Of a DNA stretch of 64,000 bases, positions 38,517 through 51,438 are shown in pieces. Within the stretch, counting starts at the first letter, position 1. Every line of letters begins with the position of its first letter. The notes beneath the pieces were generated by a model that saw only the letters and a program-made list of their open reading frames with translations, had not been told where the DNA came from and did no database searches. The DNA comes from Cyanophora paradoxa CCMP329 (lineage: Eukaryota; Plantae; Glaucophyta), in NCBI GenBank assembly GCA_004431415.1, contig QPMI01000259.1, forward strand, positions 1-64,000. Direction: 5' to 3'. A program made the position numbers and the translations under genes.

Positions 38517-39236
38517 ATGCGGTGCGCTGGCCAGCGCGCGCTCTTTTTTTAGTCTTTGGGCTTGTTGATGCGATAAGCGGGGGCTCCCGATCGCGCTCCG
38601 GCTGCGCGCTGCCTGGTTGCGCGACTCTGATCCTGAGTGCATGCAGGATTGAGAGATGTTATTTCTGCTCGGGCCCGGTGTATCCTGGGCACGGGAGCTG
38701 CTTCGTACGCAATGATAGCAAAGTACGCGTCTTTTTGCCTCTACGCTCGCGATCGTTGTCTGAGAGCCGCGCCGCTCGTAGATGTTCCGCTTCTGCAGAT
38801 CAAAGTGCAGGAAGAACTTCGAAATGAAACGCAATCCAAGGAAGGTGGCTTGGACGAAGGCGTTTAGGAAAGCGAACGGCAAGGAGATGGCCACCGACAC
38901 GACGTTTGATTTCGAGAAGCGGCGCAACAGGCTTCCGAAGTATGACCGGGAGCTCATGATCAACACAATTCGGGCCATGAAGCGCGTGTCCGAGGTCAAG
39001 GAAAAACGCGAGAAGATCTACTACGCGAACCGGTGCATTAGCTTATGCCCCTGTCCCACTTCGTCTGACGAGGAGCCTTTTCCAGCATGAAAGCAACGAA
39101 ATCGAAAGAGAAGAAAGAGGCGAGGCAGGAGCTCGAGCAAGGGTTGGATCTCATCGCCCTCCCCACCAAACGGAAGCAGAAGATTGGCAAGAAGGCTCCC
39201 GAGGAGGCTGCGGCTATGGCATTGGAAGACGATTAA
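38517..39236 (+). CDS. RLP24: Ribosome biogenesis protein RLP24 (eL24-like)
   Basis: Spliced [27 protein letters not shown]|[56 protein letters not shown]; ends ALEDD*. Confidence 0.95.
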
Positions 39237-39614
39237 TTCCTGGCAAGCTCTCGACTGCCGACTCCTGCTCCAGCTGCAGTATTTTTCTCGTAGATTGTCA
39301 CCCATATTCAACCTAAATCACCTATGTGTTTCAACTTCTCTAAGCTGCTATACCAAGCATCCATTACTACAGCCTCAGGATTGATACCTCTATGTTGAGC
39401 CTATGCGCATTTGCTCTTTCTAAGCTACGGGCGCGGCCGGACCTCCTACCTCAGCGCTTTAACTGTACCCGTGCTGTTTGGGTGAGAGCGTAACCCGCAG
39501 GGACTGGTGCTCTGATGGAAAAAAGGGAATCGGAGCCGAGCCTAGCTACGAGCCGAGCAGGCGCTTCGCGTCCACGCCTGTGCCGTAGCGGATGAAGATG
39601 CTCCTGCGAGAATT

Positions 39615-39866
39615 CGAAAATTGGACGAAAGTTGGACGAAAGTTGGACGAAAGTTGCACGAAAGTTGGCGAAAGTTGGACGAAAGTTGGACGAAAGCTGG
39701 ACGAAAGTTGGCGAAAGTTGGACGAAAGTTGGACGAAAGTTGGACGTCGTAATCGCAACGTTAACTTGGTAACTCTGATTCCGATCGTAATCGCAACTCT
39801 GATTCCGATCGTAATCGCAACTCTGATTCCGATCGTAATCGCAACTCTGATTCCGATCGTAATCGC
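39615..39866 (+). repeat. Compound minisatellite: 11-bp AAAGTTGGACG (~12 copies), then 24-bp AACTCTGATTCCGATCGTAATCGC x4
   Basis: Directly visible; no spacers between units. Confidence 0.95.
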
Positions 39867-40003
39867 AACCGATCGGGAACACGATAAACAACCAGAAACG
39901 GAGAAGTCAACTTTACTTAATACGCGTACGGTGAAGGTACTTTCCAATATTCTGCTTTCCAAATAACTAGTAGGTTAGCGTCTATTTGGAGCTTCACTGA
40001 TGC

Positions 40004-40287
40004 GCATTTGGACACATACTACAACGCAGGTCCTGGCTACAAGTGTGGGCCGGGATGTACACGGCGGCCGCCGCGGCCGCGGGCCCAGCGCACCAGCGAG
40101 CTGGCCGGCCGGGCCCGGCCCTGCGTGGCCCCCTAAGGAGAGTAATGCGCCTCCCCGCGGACACTCTAGCTAGCTAGAGCTACAGGCTCCCACATGCACG
40201 GCGTGGTGCTGCATGCGCATCGCGTCTTGTGGCGGCGGGGGTCGTCTCGGGGCGGTGGCGGGAGCCCCTACGGGCCCTGGGGGGGCC
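40004..40287 (-). mobile_element. Full-length reverse copy of the dispersed GC-rich element
   Basis: Its reverse complement aligns by eye with 25110-25388. Confidence 0.85.
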
Positions 40288-40916
40288 CGACATGGTGGGC
40301 GCCGGGGGGCGCGAAAAGGGGTCAGATCGAAGTCGAAAGGTCTGGAGATCGAAATCAAAGCAAACGTTAACCGACCCCGATGAGGGGGAAGACGACGGGA
40401 AGACGCCAAAGCACCTTGAGATGCTGCACGGAATGTGACCGCGATACGTACCAGTCTTGACCTGCTTTATACTTGGTTCATAATGCAACGAGGAGGGGGG
40501 GGGGGGGGGGGGGGGGGGTGGAGACAGAGAGAGAGATGCGCTGTTATAATATTATTTATGAACCAGATCGATCAGACCAGACCAGATCGACCGGTCATTG
40601 CTATGCACGCATGCGCATTACGATTACGATTTTCCGGCTTGTGCTGTGCGGGGCACAAGGTCCAAGGCCGCACCCTATAGAGGGGGCGGCCCCACAATGC
40701 TGTGCTTTGCGCAAGCAGAAGTACTTGCGGTTCTACAATATACGAAGAGGCTGCCAAAGGGGGCACAAAATCTCCACAGGTTTAGAGAGAAGAGGGTATG
40801 GAATGGGATGGACGTAGAGATGGAGGACGAGGATCAGGGCGGGGGGGGGGGCCAGGTGCAGTAGCAGAGGGCTACCCTTCCAACCGGGAAAAAAAGGTTG
40901 GCAATCAGGGGCATAG

Positions 40917-43064
<2,148 letters not shown>

Positions 43065-43310
43065 GTTGACCGTCGGAGCAGCAAGGAGGTTGCGAGAAAC
43101 CGCCCCGCCCGGGCCGACGAGCCACAACGAGCGATCGACGCAGCCGAAGCGCCTCGCCGCGGTTGCACTGCCCACCCGTACCCAACTGTCTTGGGTACAG
43201 CACCAAACTAGGCTACAGAATGAGATCGATCGAGGATTCTAAGAACGCCGGGCGCGCAGAGGCGCTCCGCTGCTCCGAATATCGTCACACTGTTGCGGCT
43301 GGGTGGACTC

Positions 43311-44326
43311 GTGCGCCGCCCGCGCCCGCCTCCCGCCGACCACGCGGCGAGCCCCCGCGCAGCACGTCGAAGAAGCCGAGAGCGCTGCCAGCACCGCCGA
43401 GGTCTGCTCGCCGCGTCACCCGCCGCCCGCTCCGAGCCGACGAGGCGATGCAGGAGCGGCTCGCGGGGGCCCTTGCGGAGCTCGCTGAGGCGGAGGCGCG
43501 GGCGCGGGAGGCCGCGGCGGGCCGCACACAGGCGGAGGAGGCGCGAGAAGCGGCCGATGGGCGCGCTGTGGCGTGCGCGGCGGAGGCAGCGGTGCTGAGG
43601 GAGGCGGCCAAGAGCGGCGAGGGCCGCGTGGCGGAGCTCGAGGAGCGGCTGACGGCGGCGGCGCTGGCGGCGCGCGCGATCCGCCTCATGGCGCTCTCCT
43701 TCGAGAACGACGCGGTCCGCGCCGGCCCGGCCCGCCGCCGCTGCCCGCCGGCCCTCTGACGCCCAGCCCCTTACGCGCCGCAGGCTGGCAAGGCGAAGGA
43801 CGGGCCGAGCAGCTCTGGCGACGGAGGCGATGCGGCCCAGGGCGTAGGGAGCAGTCCGGGGCCAGCGGGCGACCGGCACGATGCCGGCGGCGGCGCGGAG
43901 GGGGGCGACGAGGGGAGGGGGGTGCGCAGGACGGCTCGCTGATGAGCTTCGACCCGAGCAAATACGGCATGGCGCCCAACGGGGGCGACGGCGGCGAAAG
44001 CGCCAAGGAGCAGGGGCCCGAGGAGTCGGGGGATGGGGACGGGGCGGTGGCGGGCGGGGCGGAGCTGGAGGCGGCTGTGGAGGCGGCGCTGGCGGCGGCG
44101 ATGGCGTCACTGCGGGAAGAGGCGGAAGCAGCCACCGAGCTCGAGTCCCTGGTGCGCGCCCCAGCCCGCCCCGCCCCTGCCTGCCCCTCCCAGCTCCCGA
44201 TGCCCGCCCCGGCAGGCCCACGCGCACATGCCGGACGAGCTCGACTGGGCGGCCGAGGAGATGGGGGCCTGCGCGGAGGCAGCGTGGGATGCCGCCCTCG
44301 CCGCCGAGGCCTTCGGCGCGGCCTGA
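43311..44326 (+). pseudogene. Headless duplicate of the 3' exons of the 45195-47716 gene, with a frameshift
   Basis: Near-identical to 46701-47716. A G4 run (G5 in the other copy) near 43912 shifts the frame to TGA at ~43940. No ATG is in frame if the first intron is spliced. Confidence 0.55.
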
Positions 44327-45194
44327 CCGTTGCCCCGCCCAGCCGAAACTCCCACCCGCCCCCCTTTCTCACCCCGCTGCTCAGTTTGACTCTTCGAGGC
44401 TTTATTCACCAGTGAATCCTGGCCTTCGAAACTGTTGCCTGCCGCAGCACGCGTGCCTTCATTGGGGACTCGGGCCGGGGCGCGTCAGAGACCCGCCTAC
44501 CTTTTGGCAACTTTGCATTGCAGCTTGCGTCGACTCCGTGACCTTAAGGGATTCGAAGCGGCCAGCTGCGCTGCCTGTGCATGCAACGTTCGCCGCGTCC
44601 GCGAGTACTAAAGCTAATATAATTAATATTGAAATTAAATTGCGCTCTCGCCGAGCGGACGCGGCTGCATGCCGCAGTGCGCATATGCATGCTGCGCATG
44701 CACTACTACCGTAGTACGGTACTCGAGCTCAATGTGATCATGCATGACCAGTGCGCATGTGCATGCGCACTGCCAGACTGCGCATGCGCGGCATCGATCT
44801 CATCGACAACTGCGGCAAGCTTTAAGCCTTGCAAGGAGCCAAGCCGGCAGCGGCCCGCCACCGGTGTCAGGCTTGGAGCTCGCGGCTTGGTGGCATGAAA
44901 CCGCCTCTACCCCAGCCGAGCGCCTGGGAGCCTCCCAGCTCTTCATCTGCTGCAGCAGCCGTCGCCGTCGAGAGATAGCCACGCGTCAACAGCATCGTTC
45001 ATCAAAGTCGGACGCAGCAGGCGTCGTCCGCACGTCGGGCGGTTCCGCGCGCCCGTGGCAGGGCGCTCCTGGCAGTGGGGCGCGCGCGCTGGGAGTCATC
45101 TTGTCCCGCCGCTTCATCGTCAGTCGTTCAGCGGCTGCTTAGGCTAGTCTCGTTGCGCCGAGATTGAGCGCGTGCAGGATCCAGCAATCCGGCA

Positions 45195-47716
45195 ATGTCC
45201 AACGAGCCGGCGCTCGTTTTGTACGAGAAGCATCAGTTCAAGGACGACGATGGACCGGTACGCCGCCGGCGATCGGTCCCCCCTCCTTCGAGGCTGACTG
45301 TCGCGCAGACGTCTGTCGAGTACGAGTCGGGGCAGTGCTCAGAGATCGCGGGCACCTTGCGGGTCGGTTCCCTCAAGCTCGCAGAGGGCTTCAAGGCCTC
45401 TCTCTACGCCCGAGCGGGCTGCGAGGGCGAGCCGCTGCGTGTTGAGTTCGAGTCGGGGCAGCGAGTTGATGGGATCCTCTACGCCCCCGACGACACCGAC
45501 AAAGTTGACAGCCTCATCCAGTCCGTGAGAATAGGTGCATTTGTACAGGGTCCCCTCGCCGCGGCTCCCCGCCCTCACCACGTTGTCATGGCAGAAAAAG
45601 ACGGTGACGAGGCGGATGAGGATGAGATAGAGGAAGAGAGCAGGGACGTGGACACTGGCAGCACGAGCAACGATCCCAGCGCGCGTGCGTCGCACTGACG
45701 GGTTGGCGCGGTGTGGAGCTGAGGGTGCGGCAGGGGTGGCGGAGCTGCTGGTTCTCGAGGCGGAGTTGGAGGACCGGCGGGCGGCGATGGAGATCGCGCT
45801 GGAGGCGATGGGTCGCAAGGAGGATGCCCTTAAGGAGCGCGAGGCGAGCCTGGCTGACCGCGCCGACACCCTCGACAAGAAAGCGGACGCCGTGCGTCGT
45901 CGCCCCGCCCGCCCCGCCGTCCGCCGATGGCGGCGCAGGTGGAGAAGCTGGCGGCGGCCCTGGAGGAGCGCGAGGATGAGCTGGAGGAGCAGGAGGAGGA
46001 GCTCGCCGAGCGCGAAGCCTCGCTCGACAAGATGGAAAGCGCGGCCGCGAAGTACATCAAGGCGGCCGAGACCAAAGCGGCAAACGCAGAGGAGCGGGCC
46101 GATAAGCTGCGCGAGGAGGTCAGCGACCCGCAGGGCCCCGCAGCCGCCGGGCTCACGTCGCGCGCAGCTGAGCGCGGAGAAGGAGCGGGCCGAGAAGCTG
46201 GAGAAGGCGGCCGAGGCGGTGCGGGGGCCGGGCAGGGGCCGTTTCCCGGCCGCGCCGACCGGGCCGCGCAGGCGAAGGAGATGGCTGAAAAGCTGGAGGA
46301 AACTGCGGAGGAGGAGAAAGAGGAGCGGGAGGAGTGCGAGGAGCAGCTCGAGGTGCGTGGCGCGCGCCCCGCCGGCGCTAGCGCGCGGCGAGCGGGCGGC
46401 AGGCGGCGGAGGAGCGGCTGGAGGAGGCGCTCGGCGAGATCGCGCGCCTCAAGGGCGACCTTGCCGCCGGCTGCGGGGCCGGGGCGGGGGCCGGGGCCGG
46501 CGAGGGGGAGGACCCCGCCCTCAAGCAGTGCCGCGCGGAGAAGGCGCTCCTCCTCGACGACCTCCAGCGCGCCATCGAGGTCCAACCTTCCCCCCCGGGC
46601 GCTCCGCCCCGCCCCGCCGGCAGGCCCCTCACCCACCCGTTAGTCCCGCAACCTCCTCGTCACCAGCTCAGGCAGCGAAGCGCTGAGCGCCATGGAAGAG
46701 GTGCGCCGCCCGCGCCCGCCTCCCGCCGACCACGCGGCGAGCCCCCGCGCAGCACGTCGAAGAAGCCGAGAGCGCTGCCAGCACCGCCGAGGTCTGCTCG
46801 CCGCGTCACCCGCCGCCCGCGCCGGACGACGGGGCGATGCAGGAGCGGCTCGCGGGGGCCCTTGCGGAGCTCGCTGAGGCGGAGGCGCGGGCGCGGGAGG
46901 CCGCGGCGGGCCGCACACAGGCGGAGGAGGCGCGAGAAGCGGCCGATGGGCGCGCTGTGGCGTTTGCGGCGGAGGCAGCGGTGCTGAGGGAGGCGGCCAA
47001 GAGCGGCGAGGGCCGCGTGGCGGAGCTCGAGGAGCGGCTGACGGCGGCGGCGCTGGCGGCGCGCGCGATCCGCCTCATGGCGCTCTCCTTCGAGAACGAC
47101 GCGGTCCGCGCCGGCCCGGCCCGCCGCCGCTGCCCGCCGGCCCTCTGACGCCCAGCCCCTTACGCGCCGCAGGCTGGCAAGGCGAAGGACGGGCCGAGCA
47201 GCTCTGGCGACGGAGGCGATGCGGCCCAGGGCGTAGGGAGCAGTCCGGGGCCAGCGGGCGACCGGCACGATGCCGGCGGCGGCGCGGAGGGGGGCGACGA
47301 GGGGGAGGGGGGCGCGCAGGACGGCTCGCTGATGAGCTTCGACCCGAGCAAATACGGCATGGCGCCCAACGGGGGCGACGGCGGCGAAAGCGCCAAGGAG
47401 CAGGGGCCCGAGGAGTCGGGGGATGGGGACGGGGCGGTGGCGGGCGGGGCGGAGCTGGAGGCGGCTGTGGAGGCGGCGCTGGCGGCGGCGATGGCGTCAC
47501 TGCGGGAAGAGGCGGAAGCAGCCGCCGAGCTCGAGTCCCTGGTGCGCGCCCCAGCCCGCCCCGCCCCTGCCTGCCCCTCCCAGCTCCCGATGCCCGCCCC
47601 GGCAGGCCCACGCGCACATGCCGGACGAGCTCGACTGGGCGGCCGAGGAGATGGGGGCCTGCGCGGAGGCAGCGTGGGATGCCGCCCTCGCCGCCGAGGC
47701 CTTCGGCGCGGCCTGA
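45195..47716 (+). CDS. Beta/gamma-crystallin-like N-terminal domain + long acidic coiled coil
   Basis: Continuous spliced frame. LVLYEKHQFK...RVGSLKLAEGFKASLYARAGCEGE...LIQSVRI resembles Greek-key motifs; E/A/K-rich heptads follow. Confidence 0.75.
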
Positions 47717-48539
47717 CCGTTGCCCCGCCCAGCCGAAACTCCCACCCGCCCCCCTTTCTCACCCCGCTGCTCAGTTTGACTCTTCGAGGCTTTATTCACC
47801 AGTGAATCCTGGCCTTCGAAACTGTTGCCTGCCGCAGCACGCGTGCCTTCATTGGGGACTCGGGCCGGGGCGCGTCAGAGACCCGCCTACCTTTTGGCAA
47901 CTTTGCATTGCAGCTTGCGTCGACTCCGTGACCTTAAGGGATTCGAAGCGGCCAGCTGCGCTGCCTGTGCATGCAACGTTCGCCGCGTCCGCGAGTACTA
48001 AAGCTAATATAATTAATATTGAAATTAAATTGCGCTCTCGCCGAGCGGACGCGGCTGCATGCCGCAGTGCGCATATGCATGCTGCGCATGCACTACTACC
48101 GTAGTACGGTACTCGAGCTCAATGTGATCATGCATGACCAGTGCGCATGTGCATGCGCACTGCCAGACTGCGCATGCGCGGCATCGATCTCATCAACAAC
48201 TGCGGCAAGCTTTAAGCCTTGCAAGGAGCCAAGCCGGCAGCGGCCCGCCACCGGTGTCAGGCTTGGAGCTCGCGGCTTGGTGGCATGAAACCGCCTCTAC
48301 CCCAGCCGAGCGCCTGGGAGCCTCCCAGCTCTTCATCTGCTGCAGCAGCCGTCGCCGTCGAGAGATAGCCACGCGTCAACAGCACCGTTCAGCAAAGTCG
48401 GACACAGCAGGCGTCGTCCGCACGTCGGTCGATTCCGCGCGCCCGTGGCAGGGCGCTCCTGGCAGTGGGGCGCTCGCGCTGGGAGGTCATCTCGTCCTGC
48501 GTAGCTGGCTTTCGTCTTTGCTAACGTTGGCAATACAGG

Positions 48540-51278
48540 ATGTCGGCAGAAGCGGCTTGGGATGAGCCGGCGCGGACGGATCCTGCCGAATCGGATTCTC
48601 CCGCATCCAATGGGGAGTCCAGAGTTTCTCGGCTCACTGCCGAGCCGAGCGCCGCCGAGATCCCCGAGGCCGAACTCGTAGCCGCGTCCGAGATCTCCGG
48701 TGCTTCGTGGCACTCCGATGTTGCTGCAACGGTGTGCGGGAGCGCGTGTTTCGCCAGGCCCTCGCTGGTCTGATGTGTGCCCCAGACGCCGACGTCGGTT
48801 GCGGTCGACTCGCTTGACGATGCCTCATTCAAGGATCTCATCGCCAAGCTCGACGCTGTGCGCATCGCGCAGGTTACGCAGTCGAGCGTCGCTGCGCCGA
48901 CGCTCTTGTTCTCGTGCAGACGATTAACCGCGCGGGGGTGCCTGTGGAGGGCGCGCGGGTGGAGGCCCGGCCGGCGGCCGGCGTACCGGCGCCCTGGTAC
49001 CACGACGACGAGCACCACCACCACCACCACGACGACGACGACGAGCACATGGACCTGTGCGGGAAGACTGACTGCGAACGCGGCGTCCTTGTCCTCGAGG
49101 CTCGTCCCGCCCCCGCGCCCGCCCCGCCCGCCCCTCACCGCCCCGCAGGAGGAGTACGCCCGGCCCTTCATCGAAGTCGGGTGCGAGGGGCGGCCGCCGG
49201 TGGGCGCCGCGCGCTGACGCCGCGGCAGGTACCTGGAGCAGCGCGGGGGGGCCAAGGTCGTGGGGCAGGCGACCTACACGCAGCCGGCGCTGCGCCACGG
49301 GACCGCCACGTGCGCCAGCCGGGCCGCGGGGGCGCGGGGCGCGAGGCGACGGGGGCGCAGGATCAAGCAGGCGATGCTCGAGCGGGGCCGCGACGTCGTC
49401 ACGAACAAGGTCCACGAGCGAGGTGCGCCGACGCGGGCCGGCGTGGGGCCGGCGTGGGGCCGGCGCGGGCCGACGCGGGGCGGGGCGTGGGGGCAGGGCA
49501 CCTGGTGACGAAGCAGGAGGTGGTGCCGGACCGGGTCTACTTCGGGGAGCGCATCGACATGGTCACGGGTGGCGGGGAGGAGCAGGGCGGGCGCGAGCAC
49601 TTCCGCCCCCTCCCCGGGACGGAGCGCTTCGTTGGGGAGGGCTCGTGGTCCTCGGCGGGGCCCCTCGCCACCGACTCGCTCCGCTACACCGGCGACGCCC
49701 GCTACAGCGCCACCTCCAAGCACGTCTCCGAGGCCCGCCCCCCCCCCCCCCCCCCCCCCCCCACCCACCCCTCCCGCCCCGCGGCCCCGTCCCGGGCTGA
49801 GGGGTCGGGGCAGGCGAGCCTGCGCTTCGGGGAAGTGGAGCTGCGGGCGGGGGAGCTCCTGAGGCTGCCGATCTCGGTGGACGGGCGCGTGCTGACGTGC
49901 GACCGCGTCCCCGAGGTCCTCAAGAAGCTCGTCCCCACCACCGACTTCAAGATCCTCTCCTCCGTCAAGGCCGCCGCCCCCTGCGGGGTCCGCCCCGCCC
50001 CCGACGCCCCGGCCCCCGCCCCGCCCGCCCCCGCCGACGCCGCCGCAGAGCTGCGAGCAGGTGCAAGTGGTGGCGGCGCAGCCGTACGAGCTGAAGTACG
50101 CCGAAACGGAGGCGCGGACGTGGGAGCGGCCGGCGGAGGCGGCGGGCAAGGGTTCGGTGCACCAGCACGGGCGGGTCGAGGGCGAGGCCGCCTACGAGCG
50201 CCTCGTCAAGGTCGTCGGCATGTACGCCATCCCCGCCAAGGAGGTCCGCCAGCGCGCCCCGCCGCCCACCCCCGCCGCCGGCGCTCACGCGGCGCAGACG
50301 GGCCGCATCAAGACCTGGCTCCACGAGGTCGTTGAGGACCGGGCGGTGCAGGAGGGGGCCCCCCGCCCCGACGGCCGCCCCCTCCTAGTCCCCGTCGGCA
50401 AGCCCCACGTCGTCGGTGCGCCCCGCACGCCCCCGCCCCGCCCCGCTGCCGCCGGCCGACTCGGGGGATGGCGAGCAGACGTGGTGGCGGGGGAGGCGCG
50501 GGTGGCGCCGGGGAGCGAGCCGGAGTACCGCAAGGTGCCGGGGACGGAGCGGGTGGTCGGCGAGGGCGGCTCCGGGGAGGTGAAGACGAGCAAGGCGGGG
50601 ATCATCGTCGGCGACGTCCAGCTCCGCGAGATCTACCGCGCCGACTCCGTCCCCGTCCCCAAGCTCATCGACTTCCGCGGCCGCCAGATCCCCGACGTCC
50701 GCCCGCCCCGCCCCCGCCCCGCCCCGTCCCGCGCGCGCCGAGCGGCGCCGCAGAGCGAGATCGAGAAGCTCGGGGAGCGCAAGATCATCACGCGGGCGTC
50801 GGAGCTGCTGGAGACGGGGCGCAAGTACTGCCCCATCGAGCCCCGCAAGATCATCGGCGTGGAGCCCGACGAGCCCGAGGAGCCGATCGTCCTGCCCCCG
50901 GCCCCGCCGCCCCGCCCGGCGCCCCTCCCGGAGCCCCTGCCGCCCCCGGAGCCGGCGCCCGAGCCGGCGCCCGAGCCGGAGCCCTTCTTCCCGCCGGCCC
51001 CGGAGCCGCTCCCCGCGCCGCACGGGGACGGCTCCTGCTGGGGCTCCCCGGAGCAGCTGCCCCCCGCCGGCCTCGCCGCCCTCGAGGCGGGGGAGGCCTG
51101 GGGCGGGGCGGGCGCCGAGGCGGCCGAGGGCGGCGAGCTCGAGCTCGAGGGCGGCGCCGAGGCCGAGGCCGACGAGGCCTTCGTCGAGGGCCCCGACTAC
51201 CTCGGGACCGGCCTCGAGGCGGAGGCCGCCGAGGCCGCCGACTGCCCCGACCCCCTCGACGCGCCCCTCTGCGCCTGA
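48540..51278 (+). CDS. Unknown protein: His/Asp patch, V/E/P-rich internal repeats, Pro-Glu tail
   Basis: In-frame spliced model with strong GC3 codon bias. Internal repeat FRPLPGTERFVGEG / YRKVPGTERVVGEG. Stop TGA at 51278. Confidence 0.75.
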
Positions 51279-51438
51279 GAGGCCTCGCGATTTGGCAGCG
51301 AGCGTGCCATGATGTTCCACCCCAACTGTCCCACGGCTTATTTTCTCGTGTTCTCGTCATGAATATTAGGAATATTAGAACTCAATCCACTAGGCTAGAG
51401 TAACTGCTCCAGTTTCTGGCAGCTTCGATGGAGGCGCG

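Larger units (their letters stand above)
43311..48499 (+). repeat. ~1.8-kb segmental direct duplication (43311-45108 vs 46701-48499)
   Basis: Near-identical copies at ~3390-bp offset with scattered SNPs and indels. Confidence 0.95.

Noticed and set aside
39451-39966. ORFs on both strands and a CRISPR-like look
   Set aside because: Contiguous 11- and 24-bp tandem units without unique spacers, no cas genes, eukaryotic context.
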